A stretch of 64,000 nt of DNA from Dendrobates tinctorius (taxonomy: Eukaryota): NCBI RefSeq assembly GCF_039654945.1, contig NW_027362019.1, positions 744,001 through 808,000 on the forward strand, written 5' to 3'. The notes beneath the pieces were generated by a model. It saw nothing but the letters and a program-made list of their open reading frames with translations. It ran no database searches and had not been told where the DNA came from. Shown piece by piece: positions 60,001-64,000 of the stretch. Position 1 is the first letter of the stretch. The number at the start of each line of letters is the position of its first letter. The translations under genes and the position numbers were made by a program.

Positions 60001-62650
60001 AAGGGGAGGGGGGAAAAATAATAAATTACTGATAGGGGTTTGTTATAAGTCGCCAAAAATAATGGAAGCAACAGAGAATATCCTCATAAAGCAAATAGAT
60101 GAAGCTGCGACTCAATGAGAAGTCATTATTATGGGGGACTTCAACTACCCTGAAATACATTGGGGAACCGAAACCTGCAGTTCAGCAAAGGTGATAGGTG
60201 TCTGACAACTATGAGAGACAATCACCTTTCACCACTGGTTCAGGACCCAACAAGAGGGGGGGCACTGCTAGACCTAATATTACCCCACAGGCCAGACCGC
60301 AGATCAGATATAAGGGTTGGGGGTCAATGGGGGGATAGTGATCACAAATTAATAAGTTTTCATGTATCCTTTAATAAGATGTGTAGTAGAGGGGTTACAA
60401 GGACACGAAACTTCAGGAAGGCAAATTTCCAACGGATGAGAGATGATCTTGGTGCAATAACTGGGACGATATCCTGAGACATAAAAATACACAAAGAAAA
60501 TGGGAGACGTTTATTATCCTCCTGAATAGGAGCTGTGCACAATATATACCGTATGGGAATAAACCTGCGAGAAATAGGAGGAGACCACTATGGCTAAATA
60601 GAGCTGTAAGGGGCGCAATAAGGGACAAAAAGAAAGCATGTAGAGAATTACAGCAAGTAGGGAGTGATGAGGCATTAACTAAATACCGAAGATTAAATAA
60701 ATTCTGTAAAAAGCAAATCAAGACAGCAAAGATTGAGACAGAGAGACTCATTGCCAGAGAAAGGAAAATAATCCCAAAATATTCTTTAACTACATAAATA
60801 GTAAGAAGCTAAAAAATGATAGTGTTGGCCCCCTTAAAAATAGTCTGGGTGAAATGGTGGATGAGGATGAGGAAAAAGCCAATATGCTAAATGACTTTTT
60901 TTCGACAGTGTTTACACAAGAAAATCCCATGACGGATAACATGATCAGGGATAAAAATTCTCCATTAAATGTCACCTGCTTAACCCAGCAGGAAGTATGA
61001 CGGCGTCTAAAAATCACTAAAATTGAGAAATCCCCGGTCCCGGATGGGATACACCCCCGAGTACTGCAGGAATTAAGTCACAGTCATAGATAGACCATTA
61101 TTTTTAATCTTTAAAGATTCCATAATAACAGGGTCTGTACCACAGGACTGGCGTATAGCAAATGTGGTGCCAATATTCAAAAAGGGGACAAAAACTGAAC
61201 TTGGAAATTATAGGCCAGTGAGTTTAACCTCAACTGTGGGTAAAATCCTGGAGGGTTTTCTAAGAGATGCTATACTGGAGTATGTGGAGAAGAATAACCT
61301 CATGACCCTATATCAACATGGGTTTACGAGGGACCGTTCCTGTCAGACTAATCTGATAAGCTTTTATGAAGAGGTAAGTTCCGGAGTGGACCAAGGGAAT
61401 GCAGTGGACGTGGTGTACATGGACTTTTCGAAAGCTTTTGATACGGTGCCACACAAAAGGTTGATACATAAAATGAGAACAATGGGGATAGGGGAAAATA
61501 TGTGTAGGTGGGTTAAGAGCTGGCTCAGGGATAGGAAACAAAGGGTGGTTATTAATGGAGCACACTCGGACTGGGTCACGGTTAGCAGTGGGGTACCACA
61601 GGGGTCAGTTTTGGGCCCGCTTCTTTTTAACATATTTATTAATGACCTTGTAGGCGGCATAGAATTTTATATTACAGGAGGATTTATGTAAACTAGAAGC
61701 TTGGGCTGATAAATGGCAAATGAGCTTTAATGGGGATAAATGTAAGGTCATGCACTTGGGTAGAACGAACAAGATGTATAATTATGTGCTTAATTGTAAA
61801 ACACTGGGCAAAACTGTCACTGAAAAAGACCTGGGTGTATGGGTGGATGACAAACTCACATTTAGTGGCCAGTGTCAGGCAGCTGCTGCAAAGGCAAATA
61901 AAATAATGGGATGCATTAAAAGAGGCATAGATGCTCAGAAGGAGAACATAATTTTACCTCTATATAAGTCTCTAGTGCGACCACACTTAGAATACTGTGT
62001 ACAGTTCTGGTCTCCGGTGTATAAGAAAGACATAGCTGAACTGGAGCGGGTGCAGAGAAGAGCGACCAAGGTTATTAGTGAACTGGGGGGTCTGCAATAC
62101 CAAGACAGGTTATTACACTTGGGGTTATTTAGTTTTGAGAATCGAAGGCTTAGGGGTGATCTTATTACAATGTATAAATATATGCGGGGACAGTACAAAG
62201 ACCTTTCTAATGATCTTTTCACTCTTAGACCTGTGACGGGGGCAAGGGGGCATCCTCTACGTCTGGAGGAAAGAAGGTTTAAGCATACTAACAGACGCGG
62301 ATTCTTTACTGTAAGAGCAGTGAGACTATGGAACTCTCTGCCATATGATGTTGTAATGAGTGATTCCCTACTAAAATATAAGAGGGGACTGGAAGCCTTT
62401 CTTGAAAAGTATAATATTACAGGGTATATACACTAGTCTCCTTAATATTGCGTTGATCCAGGGAGCTAGTCTGATTGCCGTATGTGGAGTCGGGAAGGAA
62501 TTTTTTTCCCAATGTGAAGCTTACTGTTTGCCACATGGGGTTTTTTTTGCCTTCCTCTGGATCAACATGTTAGGGCAAGTTAGGATAGGATATGGGTTGA
62601 ACTAGATGGACTTAAAGTCTCCCTTCAACCTTAATTACTATGTTACTATT
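57016..62650 (+). mobile_element. Near full-length degenerate CR1 LINE
   Basis: Duplicated 5' UTR (57016, 57459). ORF1 with Zn-finger/zipper (CTSC..CARC) and esterase motifs (VGDSII, HIGTND). ORF2 with APE (YTNARS, GDFNYP) and RT (YMDFSKAFD, GVPQGS), broken by frameshifts and stops. actatgtt-type tail. Confidence 0.92.
58908..59772 (+). mobile_element. Young 5'-truncated CR1 nested in the older CR1's endonuclease region
   Basis: Host ORF2 ...NKMEEL|ELMLLEH... is split; sequence nearly identical to the reverse complement of 52400-53265; ends in tacgattctatg. Confidence 0.92.
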
Positions 62651-63390
62651 ACACACTGAACGGGAAACCACTGGGTAAATCTGACCTGGAGAAGGACTTG
62701 GGGATCCTAGTTAATGATAAACTTACCTGGAGCAGCCAGTGCCAGGCAGCGGCTGCCAAGGTAAACAGGATCATGGGGGGCATTAAAAGAGGTCTGGATA
62801 CACATGATGAGAGCATTATACTGCCTCTGTACAAATCTCTGGTTAGACCGCACATGGAGTACTGGGTACAGTTTTGGGCACCGGTGTTCAGGAAGGATAT
62901 AATGGAACTAGAGCGGGTACAAAGGAGGGCAACAAAATTAATAAAGGGGATGGGGGAACTACAATACCCAGAGAGATTAGCAAAATTAGGACGATTTAGT
63001 CTAGAGAAAAGACGACTGAGGGGTGATCTAATAACCATGTATAAGGGGACAATACAAATATCTCTCCGAGGATCTGTTTATACCAAGGAAGGTGACGGTC
63101 ACAAGGGGGCATTCTCTGCGTCTGGAGGGGAGAAGGTTTTTCCACCAACATAGAAGAGGATTCTTTACTGTTAAGGCAGCGAGAATCTGGAATTCCTGCC
63201 TGAGGAGGGGGTGATGGTGAACTCAGTCGAGGGGTTCAGGAGAGGCCTGATGTCTTCCTGGAGCGTAACAATATTGTATCTTACAGTGATTAGGTTCTTT
63301 AGAAGGACGTAGATCTGGGGATTTATTCTGACAGAATGTAGGCTGAATTGGATGGACACATGGCTTTTTTCGGCCTTAATATGTTATGTC
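62651..63390 (+). mobile_element. CR1 3' fragment of another subfamily
   Basis: LYKSLVRPHMEY, RRLRGDLI; atgttatg tail. Confidence 0.85.
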
Positions 63391-64000
63391 CTGAGGACCA
63401 GGCATCCCCTCAAACTTTTTTAATAGCAGAGGAATGGAAGGAAGTATTAATCCTCCCCGCAACCGGGAGTTGGAGCTTCAGTGTCACAGGATTAATGACC
63501 TTCATTACTTTAAACTGACCAAGAAATTTAGGAGTAAATTTCCTTGACAGACCTTTAAGACAGAGATGTTTTGAGGAGAGCCATCTAGAACCCCCCCACC
63601 GTAAACTGGGGACAATAATGATTTGCGGCTGATTTTGTAGTTTTCCCCCGACAAAGAATGGAGAGGGGTGTGCTTCTTATCGTAGGTGACTTCACCTGTG
63701 AGACAGAATCTTAAAGACAGAGAATCCCATTGTAGGATTGCTACATAATTAATTTACAGTCTATTGCATGAAATTATTATTTGATCACTAGAATTCTATT
63801 TCTCTTTAACCCCTTTCCAACATGCACCGTAATAGTGCTGCTCTGCATCAGCTGTGTTCCTGCGAATAGCAGTACTAGTACAGCGCACCGATCGGGTAAA
63901 AGTAACTTTATAAAATTCCCCAGATAAAGAAAAATAACCAAACAAATATTTTTCCAATAAACTCATTTATTTATGTAAATAAAAAAATAAACAAATAAAG

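Noticed and set aside
54640-64000. Next tln1 exon (expected TVRELLENP-like)
   Set aside because: Not found; the region is mostly retroelement sequence, so the gene presumably continues beyond the window.

Overview
Vertebrate genomic DNA, most likely frog (inferred from the transposon content). It holds an internal part of a + strand talin-1 (tln1) gene: 29 GT-AG exons from 6372 to 54639, 3980 coding nt in one continuous frame. These correspond to about residues 44-1371 of human talin-1 (FERM head F0-F3, linker, rod R1 to the start of R7). The start codon and the C-terminal exons lie outside the window. The introns are expanded by about 20 unrelated minisatellites and by many transposons: a DIRS-type YR retroelement, Tc1 elements (one with an intact DD34E transposase), Harbinger-type and pogo-like MITEs, Penelope elements with hammerhead-like motifs, CR1 LINEs and a tRNA-derived SINE. 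Three observations stand out. (1) A 36-bp array built from an exon's own 3' end plus its splice donor gives 73 extra in-frame, stop-free donors inside rod domain R6. (2) A 54-nt phase-0 candidate cassette exon follows the Gln665-equivalent codon, where human TLN1 has its alternative exon 17b. (3) Near-identical inverted CR1 copies flank one exon. Most long ORFs in the supplied track are artefacts of the tandem repeats.
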